Assembly (NCBI GenBank): GCA_027365175.1
Contig: DAHXNY010000002.1
Coordinates: 5,623-69,622, forward strand
From: Candidatus Micrarchaeota archaeon
GTDB taxonomy: Archaea > Micrarchaeota > Micrarchaeia > Micrarchaeales > CABMGC01
Direction: 5' to 3'
Length of the DNA: 64,000 nt
The position numbers and the translations under genes were made by a program. Of the stretch, positions 47,261 to 57,199 are shown in pieces (positions within the stretch are counted from its first letter, which is position 1; each line of letters opens with the position of its first letter). The notes beneath the pieces were generated by a model. That model had not been told where the DNA came from and searched no databases. It saw nothing but the letters and a program-made list of their open reading frames with translations.

Positions 47261-48846
47261 TGGCAGCAAAAAAATACCTTAAGGATTTCAGGATACTCTC
47301 GCTGATAGCGATAGTGGTCATACTTGCAATATTCGATTATCACTACGGGCTGCATCTGGGAATAGAGTTCGCAGGCGGTACGCAGATACCGATAACTCTT
47401 CAGCATCCTGTTAACCCGGCAGAGATGGCAAACATAACTGGCATTCTGCAGCAAAGACTCTCTACCTTCGGCCTTAAGCAGATACAGGTAACAGGCATAG
47501 GCGATTCACAGGTTCAGGTAGAGATACCTACCGTCTCTCCTTCAGAGATAAACAATACTATAAACATAATAAATTCACAGGGAATCTTCCAGGGTGTCAT
47601 AAATGGCAAGGAAGCAATAAATGGCTCATCCATACTGGCAGGAAGCGTTGGCGCTGCCCAGCCGATAGTCTCAGGAGGAAATGCCACATGGCAGGTAAAC
47701 TTCTACATAAATACGAACGCGGCTCAGAAGTTTGCCAAAGCCGCATTCGGACATGCAAACAAGCCGATATACTTCTTCCTAGACAGGCCTACATCCGCAA
47801 TAATGCTGCTCAACGCATCTACCATACGGGGCAATCTATCGCTCTCCAAGTCTTCAGAGCTGAGCGTACTGCAGAATACACTGCTGCTTGACAGCAATTC
47901 AATACTGATAAAGACATATGCTCCGGGACAGAACTATTCCCCGATATATGCCTTCCTGAATTCAAGCAGAGCCACTCACGACACCGTCCTTCTTGCATAC
48001 AATACTCCAAATTCTATAGTCCAGACAGCAGATTCGCTTAATTACACGCTATCATTCCACACTCCGCAGAATCTTACTCCTTCATTGGGAGTGGTGCAGG
48101 CAAACATAACCAGCACCGAATATATAGTAAACAGCTGGCCAGCTGTCGGCCTTCTATCTGCGCCCATACTGAATCCAGGAGTGACTAATGGGAATATAAG
48201 CCAGGGCTACATAATTTCCGGTGCAGCTCCAAGCACACTTCCCCTGCCTGGAAAGATAGCATACGCCGAGAACCAGTCAAAGACGATAACAAGCATATTG
48301 CAGGGAGGCGCGCTTCCTGTGCTTGTAATAGTGGGAACCCCTACAGTGACACCTCCTACAATAGGCTCGCAGTTCGAGAGCGTAAGCCTGATTGCACTCG
48401 TCATAGCAGTACTCGCGATAAGCGCAATAATAGTATTCAGGTACAAACGTTTATTCCTCATAGCTCCGATACTGCTTACAACATTTGCAGAATTATTCAT
48501 AATACTCTCAATAATAGGGCTTGTAGGGACTATAGACCTTGCAGCAGTTGCAGGAATAATAGCAGTCATAGGTACTGGAGTAGACGCGCAGATAATAATA
48601 ACGGATGAGCTGCTTGTAGCGCACGGATCTGACCCTCATATGATAAAGGCAAGGCTTGGCGATGCATTCTATATAGTCTGGGCAGACGCCGGCCTTCTGG
48701 TCATAGCGATGCTGCCCCTGTTCTTCTCAACATCCCTAATATCTGTCATAGGCTTCTCTGAATCGACTATAATAGGCGCGCTCCTTGGGGCGTTCCTGAC
48801 AAGACCCACATACGGCTCTATAATATCCAAGCACTACTCGAAGTGA
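47257..48846 (+). CDS. secD: Protein-export membrane protein SecD
   Basis: Large periplasmic-type loop, then a TM block with IAVIGTGVDAQIIITDE, typical of archaeal SecD. Confidence 0.7.
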   Translation: MMAAKKYLKDFRILSLIAIVVILAIFDYHYGLHLGIEFAGGTQIPITLQHPVNPAEMANITGILQQRLSTFGLKQIQVTGIGDSQVQVEIPTVSPSEINNTINIINSQGIFQGVINGKEAINGSSILAGSVGAAQPIVSGGNATWQVNFYINTNAAQKFAKAAFGHANKPIYFFLDRPTSAIMLLNASTIRGNLSLSKSSELSVLQNTLLLDSNSILIKTYAPGQNYSPIYAFLNSSRATHDTVLLAYNTPNSIVQTADSLNYTLSFHTPQNLTPSLGVVQANITSTEYIVNSWPAVGLLSAPILNPGVTNGNISQGYIISGAAPSTLPLPGKIAYAENQSKTITSILQGGALPVLVIVGTPTVTPPTIGSQFESVSLIALVIAVLAISAIIVFRYKRLFLIAPILLTTFAELFIILSIIGLVGTIDLAAVAGIIAVIGTGVDAQIIITDELLVAHGSDPHMIKARLGDAFYIVWADAGLLVIAMLPLFFSTSLISVIGFSESTIIGALLGAFLTRPTYGSIISKHYSK

Positions 48847-48850
48847 TTAG

Positions 48851-49486
48851 ATGCCCAGATACTGCCCAACATGCAACAGGTCTGAGGCAGAGGTCAAATT
48901 CTACGGCAACTTCTGCGAGATATGTGCAGGAGAGAAATTCTCGGAAGAGCTCATAGACAAGGTGGAGATACAGAAATGCAAGGAGTGCCATAGAATAAGG
49001 GTGAAGGGAAGATTCATAGCTGAGAACAGGACTAATCTTGAAGAGGCTCTGCAGCAGAGCTTCAAGAAGAACCATGTGCACCTTGTGGATTATGATGCAA
49101 AGGATGCGATAGTAAAGGTGTCAGTTGAAGGTCCAGAGGGCAAGCTCACAGTTGACAGGAAGATAAAGCTCAAGTACAACAAGACCCTATGCGACAGGTG
49201 CTACAAGGTAAAATGTGAGTACTACGAAGCCGTATTGCAGTTAAGAGGGGACAAGAGCAGGATAGAGAAGGTAATAAGGCATGTAAAGGCCCTCTTTGAG
49301 AGGAACAACGAGTTCATATCAAAGATGGAGTCGAAGGACGGCGGCATAAACGTATACCTAAGCAGCAAGAGGCTTGCTACAGAGTTTGTCGCATACTATA
49401 AACTATACCCAAAAATGTCATATACTCTCGCCGGGGTCAAGAACGGCAAGAAGCAGTACAAGAATACCTACGCCATACATCTCTGA
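48851..49486 (+). CDS. NMD3-family (COG1499) zinc-ribbon protein
   Basis: CPTC...CEIC...CKEC...CDRC cysteine pairs with NMD3-like spacing, 211 aa. Confidence 0.55.
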   Translation: MPRYCPTCNRSEAEVKFYGNFCEICAGEKFSEELIDKVEIQKCKECHRIRVKGRFIAENRTNLEEALQQSFKKNHVHLVDYDAKDAIVKVSVEGPEGKLTVDRKIKLKYNKTLCDRCYKVKCEYYEAVLQLRGDKSRIEKVIRHVKALFERNNEFISKMESKDGGINVYLSSKRLATEFVAYYKLYPKMSYTLAGVKNGKKQYKNTYAIHL

Positions 49487-49657
49487 ATACATGCTGTTTT
49501 GCGAAGACCACATGACAATCTCGAAGCAGCCCTGCAATGCTCCTTAAACCCCGATGGTAAAATCTGCCACTGGACAAGTTATAATCTCTTGGAACCGGCC
49601 ACGCCAATAACGCCTGGCATGAATTATAAACTCTTAAGGAACCGTCCAATAGATAAT

Positions 49658-50257
49658 TCATATTATAAAGGGCATTATCTTTTTCTTGCCTTTTGCATAT
49701 TTAAGATATTCATTTGAGAATCTCTTTTTAAGCACGTCTTCCTCCACCCTTATCCTGTACAGATAGACTGGCAGCATAACTGCAAGCATGACTACGGCCC
49801 CAATCCATGAACGAAGTATCACCGCATATCCAAACAGCATTACCAACGCGCCTGTATACGAAGGGTGCCTGACAAGTCTGTAAGGCCCGCTAGTTATAAC
49901 CGTGTGGTTCTTGTACAATCCAACTATCGGAGAGAAATATCTTCCAAGTACAAGGATTGCCCAGAATCTAAAGAGCATCCCTGATAAAAAGATTGCAAGT
50001 CCCAAGTAAGTGAACCATGGGCTAAGCAACGATATCTCGTTTACAGATATGTAAATTACAAAAACAAAGCAGGCCAAACTGCTCACGATTATCAAAACCG
50101 TAGAGCCCATGTCTTCAAAAACTATCTTTCCCTTGCTTCTTATGAACGGGGTTGTCCAGCTAAATATCATCTCGAAGAAGAACCACACGAGCCAGAGTAT
50201 GTAGAAGATTAAGAATGCAAATACGCTCGGAAACAACTCTATTATGCTAACTGCCAC
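49658..50257 (-). CDS. Isoprenylcysteine carboxyl methyltransferase (ICMT)/phospholipid methyltransferase family membrane protein
   Basis: TSGPYRLVRHPSYTGALVMLFG motif in a polytopic protein. Confidence 0.7.
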   Translation of the reverse strand: MAVSIIELFPSVFAFLIFYILWLVWFFFEMIFSWTTPFIRSKGKIVFEDMGSTVLIIVSSLACFVFVIYISVNEISLLSPWFTYLGLAIFLSGMLFRFWAILVLGRYFSPIVGLYKNHTVITSGPYRLVRHPSYTGALVMLFGYAVILRSWIGAVVMLAVMLPVYLYRIRVEEDVLKKRFSNEYLKYAKGKKKIMPFII

Positions 50258-50335
50258 AAGAATTCCCCAAAATGCAATATCTCCAATAGAAGAATGGCAT
50301 ATGTTTAATAAACATGTTACTAAAATAAAAATAGT

Positions 50336-51478
50336 ATGCGACCTATACTCAGCCAGTTCAAGGATGAAGGCTTTGCCCTCCCTGATTATAAAAACAGCAA
50401 CATGCAGATAATGAAAGAGATAGCCTATGGCAACAATAGAAGAACAGGCGAGAAGGGCAAAAAGATATTCCTGCTTATAGACGGGCTTGGATATAACTTC
50501 CTTACAAAGGTTGTTCCGAATCTTCCAGGATATCCTGAATTAAGCAGCATATCCACTGTATTCCCATCAACAACATCCGTAGTCCTATCATCCATAGAGA
50601 GCGGAATGACTCCTGCAGAACATGGTATAATCGCATGGCAGGTATATGTGAAGGAGATAGGCGGGATAATACTGCCATTCAGAGACTCATTAATATTATC
50701 AAAAAACTTCAGATTGAGCAGTGTCGGAATAAATACCATATTGCCTGAGCCCAGGATGCTTACGCGGATATCAGAAAGGAAAAAGACGCTCCTTCAGTAT
50801 CAGGAAGTCGTAACAAGACCATATGATCATATTCTAAAGAATACCGACATGAGCTATCATGCAAATCATCTGGACATGCTTGTAGGATTAAGAAGGGCTG
50901 TGCTTCAGGACAACCACGATTTCATATATGCATATACTGATGTAATAGACCATGCGCAGCACAGGTATGGATTATCGACAGAGGAGGCGGCCCATTCGGT
51001 AAAGGCGTTCTTCCATGACTTCGAGAAGATACTGCTTCCTGCACTGATAAGAAGCGACTACAATCTGGTGATAACTGCGGATCATGGCGCTATAGATGCA
51101 TCCACCAAGATATCTGTAAACCATGATGACAAAATGATGGATTACCTGATAATGCCCCCTTATGGCGACCCGAGGATAAGGTATTTCCATGTTGAGAGTG
51201 GAAAGGAGGACAGATTCGAGCGCTACTTCAACAACAAATACGGTAAATACTCCATGCTGATTAGATCAGACGATGCCATAAAGACAGGCATCTTCGGAGG
51301 TACGAACGTAAAAGAGAGCATAAGGACCAGGTTCGGAACCCATGTTGCAATCATGAAAGGGCATGGGACATTTGAATACAACTATCCCGTCGCGCCATCA
51401 AAGCATAAATGGTCCCTGGTCGGACATCACTCTGGCATGTCAGAAGATGAGATGCGGGTCCCGCTAATAGTATACTAA
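50336..51478 (+). CDS. Alkaline-phosphatase-superfamily phosphodiesterase/nucleotide pyrophosphatase-like protein
   Basis: LIDGLGYNF, FPSTTSV, DVIDHAQHRYG and ITADHG metal-site motifs. Confidence 0.7.
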   Translation: MRPILSQFKDEGFALPDYKNSNMQIMKEIAYGNNRRTGEKGKKIFLLIDGLGYNFLTKVVPNLPGYPELSSISTVFPSTTSVVLSSIESGMTPAEHGIIAWQVYVKEIGGIILPFRDSLILSKNFRLSSVGINTILPEPRMLTRISERKKTLLQYQEVVTRPYDHILKNTDMSYHANHLDMLVGLRRAVLQDNHDFIYAYTDVIDHAQHRYGLSTEEAAHSVKAFFHDFEKILLPALIRSDYNLVITADHGAIDASTKISVNHDDKMMDYLIMPPYGDPRIRYFHVESGKEDRFERYFNNKYGKYSMLIRSDDAIKTGIFGGTNVKESIRTRFGTHVAIMKGHGTFEYNYPVAPSKHKWSLVGHHSGMSEDEMRVPLIVY

Positions 51479-52135
51479 TCATTTTCTGCCTTCCCACTCT
51501 TTCATAAACCTGTCAAGATACTCATGCATGAATCTGCTCCTTTCACCGGCAATATGCTTTCCCTCCTTTGTGTGCATCCGCTTCTTGAGGAGCAATAGCT
51601 TCTCATGGAAATGGTTCACCGAAGTTCCTTCGGATGACTTATAAGCGGCAAACGTCTTGTGTAAGGCAGGCTTGATTCCAGGATCATATATCTGCCTTCC
51701 CTTGTAACCTCCATATGCAAAACATCGGGCTATGCCTATTGCACCAATCGCGTCAATCCTGTCAGCATCCTGCACTATCCTGCCCTCAAGCGTTTTCATC
51801 CTGTCCTTTACTCCCGCTCCCTTGAAGGATACATTCCTTACTATATAACATACATTATCTACCGTCTTCGGATTGGCATTTATGCTCTCAAGCCATTCCC
51901 TCGCGGCCTTCTCCCCCGCTGTCATATCTCCATCGCTGAACTTCCAGTCCTTTATATCATGCAGGAGTGCTCCAAGCTCTACAACCTCCACCTCCACATT
52001 CTTCTCGGTTTTGGCTATCTTTTTTGCCATGTTCCATACTCTATAGACATGCCACCAATCATGCCCCGTACCTTCCCCGTACATGGTCTCTTTTACATAA
52101 TCTGCAGTACGCTTGATTATATCCGGCTTATCCAT
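51479..52135 (-). CDS. HD-domain phosphohydrolase
   Basis: GHDWWHVYRV...LGALLHDIKDWKF...QDADRIDAIG. The ATG at 52135 is preferred over the upstream extension into the IS relic. Confidence 0.8.
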   Translation of the reverse strand: MDKPDIIKRTADYVKETMYGEGTGHDWWHVYRVWNMAKKIAKTEKNVEVEVVELGALLHDIKDWKFSDGDMTAGEKAAREWLESINANPKTVDNVCYIVRNVSFKGAGVKDRMKTLEGRIVQDADRIDAIGAIGIARCFAYGGYKGRQIYDPGIKPALHKTFAAYKSSEGTSVNHFHEKLLLLKKRMHTKEGKHIAGERSRFMHEYLDRFMKEWEGRK

Positions 52136-52183
52136 GGCTAAAGTACACAAGGCAACTATAAAAACCAAACGCATTGCAGTACA

Positions 52184-52229
52184 TCCTCCCACCTCTAAAG
52201 AGTGTGAGATTTCCCGCTCACATTGTTAA
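52184..52229 (+). repeat. Solo relic of the IS LE end (matches 33743-33803 with an internal deletion)
   Basis: tcctcccacctctaaagagtgtgagatttcccgctcacattgttaa versus ..ctctaaagagggtgtgggatttcccgctcacgttgttaa at the second IS. Confidence 0.6.
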
Positions 52230-52361
52230 TACTGGGGCACAGGAAGCCTGCCGGTCATACAGGACATGCATTTAAACGATCGCAGCCACCTTTATCAAGG
52301 AACCTAAACGTAAGCATATCATTTGCGCCAGCAGACTCGCCATTACCATTAAAGGTAAGCT

Positions 52362-52550
52362 TTATGCCTTCTTTACGTTCTTTGCGCGAGTTCCGCGTTC
52401 TCCTGCTTCAACCTCGTATTCTACCGAGTCGCCTACTGCAGGAAGAGCTCCTTCTACTGCAGTCTTGTGGAAATACGTATCCTTTCCATCCTCTCCCGTT
52501 ATGAATCCAAATCCTCTTTCAGAATTGAACATCTTTACTTTTCCTTTCAT
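52362..52550 (-). CDS. Cold-shock domain protein (CspA family)
   Basis: MKGKVKMFNSERGFGFI (RNP1) ...FHKTAV (RNP2-like), about 62 aa. Confidence 0.85.
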   Translation of the reverse strand: MKGKVKMFNSERGFGFITGEDGKDTYFHKTAVEGALPAVGDSVEYEVEAGERGTRAKNVKKA

Positions 52551-52752
52551 GTATATCACATTAGTTGATTATATTTTATAACTATAGAGTTTAAATTACC
52601 TCGCATTGCATCTCAGTTCCTCAAGGTGAATAAAAGAGTAGGCATGAACTCCCCTGATGCTGAGAATGCACAGATACTCTCTGACGCTAAAGCTGTCGAA
52701 TTAAAGTATGAAAAGGGCATGGGCCGGCTTAGGATAAGATTTAAAGGTTTGG

Positions 52753-52956
52753 TTGGGAGATATGAGTATGGCAAAAAGCAATAAATTCTCAGAAAATGAC
52801 AGGGCTACGATAATACTCATAATAAGCGGGCTGATAGTGGCACTTGCAGCTATGACACAAAGTGGCTCACTGGCTACTCTTTTTGTGATCATAGGGGCAG
52901 CAGCTTTCATACTGGGTATAGCATTTGCTTTACTGCGTCTATTAGGAATAATATAA
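52753..52956 (+). CDS. Small two-TM membrane protein, hypothetical
   Basis: 67-aa ORF with two hydrophobic helices. No homology is recognisable. Confidence 0.3.
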   Translation: MGDMSMAKSNKFSENDRATIILIISGLIVALAAMTQSGSLATLFVIIGAAAFILGIAFALLRLLGII

Positions 52957-53167
52957 CCGGATCTGGAGCAGGGGCAGAAGAAATTCCTGGATATACTGTA
53001 CGCCAAAAAAAGACGGTCCGAGAAAACACAACTTTAATATGGGATACTGCTAGTTGCCCGTATCGTTTCTCTGACTAACTGATGCCCTTCATTATCTGTA
53101 ATATTATGTATGACTATTCAAGGGAGTCTAACCTGATGGCATTTTGCCTTCGGAGAGACTGAGAAGT

Positions 53168-53238
53168 TGGGGGTAAGGAGAATTGAACTCCTGCTTACGC
53201 AGTGTAAATGCGTCGTACTACCACTAGACAATACCCCC
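53168..53238 (-). tRNA. tRNA-Val (anticodon TAC), 71 nt
   Basis: Acceptor GGGGGTA/TACCCCC, anticodon arm ACGCA-TTTACAC-TGCGT, T arm AGGAG-TTCAATT-CTCCT. One mismatch in the D stem. Confidence 0.8.
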
Positions 53239-54447
53239 TTACTTGTGTTTCCTGCAGAAACCATCTATTCTTTCCATCGCTTCTCTTATTATTCCCTTAT
53301 CAGGAAGCGTTACTATCCTTATATGATTATCGCTTCCGAATCCTGAGCCTCTTGTAACCTGTACGCCGGCCTCAAGAAGAAGCCGTTTTGCGAATTCAGT
53401 ATCATCCTTAATCTTTATATTCTTTATATTCAGTCTTGGGAGCACATAGAAAGCGCCATTTGGCCTTACCGCATCCATGTACCTGCTCTCATTTATCAGT
53501 TTGTATGCAAAGTTTGTCCTGTCAGCTATCTCCCTAACCATATAATTGATGGCCTTCTTATGCTCTCTAACATTCCGCATCCCTTCTGCAATTGCGTACT
53601 GTGCAGGCATATTCACGGATAAGCGCATCTGCGCATACCTGACAACACGCTCTTTGAACTCCTTTGATATCCTGTCATCCCCAGGTACTATCATATACCC
53701 TATTCTGAAGCCAGGGGCATCAAAGTTCTTAGAAGCCCCGTTAAGTATTACGTGCTTTGTGCCTTTTGCCATCTGGGCAAGGCTTTTGAACTCCGCTCCG
53801 TTAAATAGTATCTCATCGTAAATCTCGTCGCTTACGAGTATGATATCATTGTCATTAGCTATGCTCACTATCTCTTCCATTATCTTCCTGCCAAGCACGG
53901 TGCCTGTAGGGTTGTTCGGGTTGGTTACAAGCATATACTTTATCCTTTTCGAACCACGTAGCGACTTCCTCAGATGGTCAAGGTCTATCGCCCATCCATC
54001 CTTCTCATCATAGTTGCCATAAATTGCACGACCGTGATTTACCTCAAGAAGACTCTTATAAAGCGTGTAATAAGGCCTGAACAATACTGCCTTGTCTCCC
54101 TTATCCATAAGCACGCTGTTGAGGAATATGAGGGACTCGCTAACGCCGTTTGTCACTATTATGTCTTCTTCAACATTAAGGTCCAGATTATACATTCTCC
54201 TGTACCTCTGTGCGATGGCCTCGCGGAGCTCCTGTGCTCCATAGAAATACTCATACTGCGACTTGCCTTCCCTGAGCGCTTTTATGTAAGCATCAATAAT
54301 GTACTTCGGAGTCTTGAAATATACTGCAGGATCGCCTCTGCTCAGCTTTATGACCCTCCTTCCTTTTGCCATAAGCTCCTTTGCAGCCTTGTCCTGTTCC
54401 TCTACAGGATTTCCTGCGTAGTTGCTAGCTTCTGAGAAAATGCCCAT
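53239..54447 (-). CDS. Class I/II pyridoxal-phosphate aminotransferase (aspartate/alanine type)
   Basis: NPNNPTG, and SKNFDAPGFRIGY (PLP lysine block), 402 aa. Confidence 0.85.
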   Translation of the reverse strand: MGIFSEASNYAGNPVEEQDKAAKELMAKGRRVIKLSRGDPAVYFKTPKYIIDAYIKALREGKSQYEYFYGAQELREAIAQRYRRMYNLDLNVEEDIIVTNGVSESLIFLNSVLMDKGDKAVLFRPYYTLYKSLLEVNHGRAIYGNYDEKDGWAIDLDHLRKSLRGSKRIKYMLVTNPNNPTGTVLGRKIMEEIVSIANDNDIILVSDEIYDEILFNGAEFKSLAQMAKGTKHVILNGASKNFDAPGFRIGYMIVPGDDRISKEFKERVVRYAQMRLSVNMPAQYAIAEGMRNVREHKKAINYMVREIADRTNFAYKLINESRYMDAVRPNGAFYVLPRLNIKNIKIKDDTEFAKRLLLEAGVQVTRGSGFGSDNHIRIVTLPDKGIIREAMERIDGFCRKHK

Positions 54448-54495
54448 GGATACATCATATCATGATAAATAATAAAAGTTGCCGGCTGAAGCATG

Positions 54496-55167
54496 CTACT
54501 CTTTTTCTTCAAGGTGCGCCTGCTCTATCATGTATCTTCCAGTGCTCCCGTTCCACTCTGTCTTTGCCTTCTCAATGATTATCCTTTTCCTGAACATGGG
54601 TGCGTCAAGCACGAAGCTTTCAGCCTCTCCTCCCTCGAATAGCATATTCACCTTGTATCTCCTGTTTAGCTCCTGCAGCCTCTTTATTATCTCATTGTCT
54701 ATCCTTGCACCCAGAAAAGTTCTGTCAAAGCCCTCTGCAGAGACGGATGTTATTATTGCATTGAAATCAGACGCAAGTTCATTCAGTTCCTCAATGGGCT
54801 CTATGTGCCACAGAGGCGCAATAGACTCTATTCCAAGGGTCTTGCATATGTTGTTTATCCTGTCTGCCTGATACGAGCTGTATGTTGCACCGGTAACAAG
54901 AAGCCTCACATCATTCTCCTTAAGAACCCGTTCCAGGTCAGCGAGCTCAAGCTCCTTCTCACCTTTGGTATCTGCAAAGACCTGCCTTATTCCAAGGGCT
55001 TCGGCCTGCAGTGAGGTGTAAGCAGTATTGGGATAATGGAACATATAGCTGTACTGGTTCTCGGGTCGCATCGTTATGAGAAGGTCTATCTTCTTTCCGG
55101 ACCTTACTGCTTTGTGCAGTGCAAGAGTAGAGTCCTTCCCTCCGCTGTAAAGGCACGCATTGCTCAT
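54496..55167 (-). CDS. Diphthine-ammonia ligase-like PP-loop ATPase (MJ0570/Dph6 family)
   Basis: N-terminal LYSGGKDST PP-loop, 223 aa. Confidence 0.7.
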   Translation of the reverse strand: MSNACLYSGGKDSTLALHKAVRSGKKIDLLITMRPENQYSYMFHYPNTAYTSLQAEALGIRQVFADTKGEKELELADLERVLKENDVRLLVTGATYSSYQADRINNICKTLGIESIAPLWHIEPIEELNELASDFNAIITSVSAEGFDRTFLGARIDNEIIKRLQELNRRYKVNMLFEGGEAESFVLDAPMFRKRIIIEKAKTEWNGSTGRYMIEQAHLEEKE

Positions 55168-55805
55168 TCGGCATTACCGCTGCTATTGTTCCTTGCAAGC
55201 TTCTTCTTCACGTGCTTCAGGGCAGAGAAGGTATCCCTGTCAATCTCTTCAAGGCGCATCCTTATGTACCTCGTCTGCGCAAGCATGTTTGGTATGACCC
55301 TGTAATCAAGTGCATTCACCCTTCTCTTCGTCTTGTCTATCTCGATAGCTATCCTTCTAAGGCTCTGCTCCCTCTGCGCAACCTCTACCACAGAGTCAAC
55401 GGCCTTCCTGAAGGATTCGTTTATGTCATCTGCCGCAAGGCCTGTGCCCAATAGCATTGGGTTTGTCTGCTCTGCCTGAACAAGCCTGTTTATTCCTGGT
55501 ATGCGCACGCCCATGATATTCTTTATCTTTATACTTATCCCGCTCTGCGGGTCTATATGCATGGCGACCTCCTCAAGTTCGAAGTTTCCAACGTAAGCGG
55601 AAGCTATGGCAACGGTCCTGTAAGAGTTCTTTATTATCTCATTGAGTGCGCTCCTTGACTCCTTGGATTCCTTGAGAAGCTTCAGGAACTCTATCACCAG
55701 CACCTCCCTCTTCCTTTTCAGAATAGAGTGGCCCTTCCTAGCAATAACGGTCCTCTTCTTGAGGTTTATCAGATTCATCCTTGTCGGGTTTATCATCGTT
55801 GCCAT
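55164..55805 (-). CDS. atpD: A-type ATP synthase subunit D
   Basis: INPTRMNLINLKKR start typical of subunit D. Last gene of the operon. The ATG at 55805 is preferred. Confidence 0.85.
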   Translation of the reverse strand: MATMINPTRMNLINLKKRTVIARKGHSILKRKREVLVIEFLKLLKESKESRSALNEIIKNSYRTVAIASAYVGNFELEEVAMHIDPQSGISIKIKNIMGVRIPGINRLVQAEQTNPMLLGTGLAADDINESFRKAVDSVVEVAQREQSLRRIAIEIDKTKRRVNALDYRVIPNMLAQTRYIRMRLEEIDRDTFSALKHVKKKLARNNSSGNAE

Positions 55806-55806
55806 G

Positions 55807-57195
55807 CTACTTGCCCTTATCCTTTTTGTAGTACTTTGCAATGAACTCGGATTTTATCCTCGTCAGCTCCCTCTCTGGCAGCTCTGAGAGCAGGTTCCAT
55901 CCTATCGCAAGCGTATCCTCTATCGTCCTTCTCTCGTAGGTTCCCTGCCTTATGAAGTTATTCTCGAAATCATCTCCGAACTTAAGGTACATCCTGTCGC
56001 TTTCTGAGAGTGCCTCAGCCCCTACTATTGCGCTCAGGCTTTTTGCATCCTGAGCCTTTGCATAAGCTCCGTATAGCTGGTCGGAGACATTCTTGTGATC
56101 CTCTCTCGTCTTCCCCTGTCCTATCCCGTTTCCCATAAGCCTCGACAGCGATCCCAGAGGCTGCACAGGCGGATAGATGCCTTTGTTGGTCAGCTCCCTG
56201 CTCATGTAGATCTGCCCTTCGGTGATGTATCCCGTAAGGTCTGGTATCGGGTGCGTAACGTCATCGCTAGGCATCGTCACCACGTTGAGCTGCGTTATGC
56301 TTCCCTTCCTGCCTTTCACGACTCCTGCCCTTTCGTATATGCTTGCAAGGTCCGTGTACATGTATCCCGGGTATCCTCTCCTCCCAGGGACCTCCTCCCT
56401 TGCGCTTGAGAGCTCTCTCAGAGCCTCTGCATAGTTTGTCATGTCATTGAGTATTACCAATACGTGCATGCCCTGGTCATATGCCAGATACTCTGCCGTG
56501 GTGAGTGCAAGCCTCGGGGTGAGAATTCTCTCTATGCTTGGGTCGTCCGCAAGGTTCATGAACGCCACAGTCCTCTTGAAAGAACCCGTCTTCCTGAACT
56601 CGTTTATGAAGTACTGGGCATCGTCATAGGTTATTCCGATGCCTGCGAATACGGCTGCAAAACCCTCGCTCTGGTTCTTCACTGTAGCCTGTCTCATTAT
56701 CTGCGCTGTAAGTTGGTTGTGCGGAAGGCCTGAAGATGAAAAGATGGGAAGCTTCTGTCCTCTTACCAGAGTGTCAAGTCCATCTATCGATGATATGCCT
56801 GTCTCTATGAAATCGCTGGGCATGGCCCTTGCGGCAGGATTTATTGGATATCCATTTATGTCCCTCCTCTGGTCATACGCTATTGCAGGCCCGCCATCCT
56901 TTGGCCTTCCCTGTCCGTCGAAGATCCTTCCGAGCATGCTCTCTCCAACGCCTATCATGAAGGTCTCTCCCAGAAATGATACGGACGTATTATCGACGTT
57001 TATGCCGCTTGTAGGCCCGAAGACCTGCACCACTGCACTCTTGTCAGTAGTCTCAAGCACCTGCCCAAGCCTCTGTTCGCCATCATGCAGACGTATCTTG
57101 ACTATCTCGTTATACTTGGCGTTGCCTTGCTTTCCTACAACTACCAAAGGTCCTGCAACGCTTTCTATCGTCTTAAAATCTATCTCGAATTTCAT
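55807..57195 (-). CDS. atpB: A-type ATP synthase subunit B
   Basis: Strong A/V-ATPase B similarity (GPLVVV.., [21 protein letters not shown]). The start MKFEIDFK at 57195 is preferred over the Arg-rich upstream extension. Confidence 0.95.
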   Translation of the reverse strand: MKFEIDFKTIESVAGPLVVVGKQGNAKYNEIVKIRLHDGEQRLGQVLETTDKSAVVQVFGPTSGINVDNTSVSFLGETFMIGVGESMLGRIFDGQGRPKDGGPAIAYDQRRDINGYPINPAARAMPSDFIETGISSIDGLDTLVRGQKLPIFSSSGLPHNQLTAQIMRQATVKNQSEGFAAVFAGIGITYDDAQYFINEFRKTGSFKRTVAFMNLADDPSIERILTPRLALTTAEYLAYDQGMHVLVILNDMTNYAEALRELSSAREEVPGRRGYPGYMYTDLASIYERAGVVKGRKGSITQLNVVTMPSDDVTHPIPDLTGYITEGQIYMSRELTNKGIYPPVQPLGSLSRLMGNGIGQGKTREDHKNVSDQLYGAYAKAQDAKSLSAIVGAEALSESDRMYLKFGDDFENNFIRQGTYERRTIEDTLAIGWNLLSELPERELTRIKSEFIAKYYKKDKGK

Positions 57196-57199
57196 ATCA

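Noticed and set aside
53079-53137. C/D box sRNA candidate (TGATGC ... CTGA with about 50-nt spacing) in the gap upstream of tRNA-Val(TAC).
   Set aside because: The C box is non-canonical, no clear C'/D' pair is present, and guide lengths do not fit the 12-nt rule.
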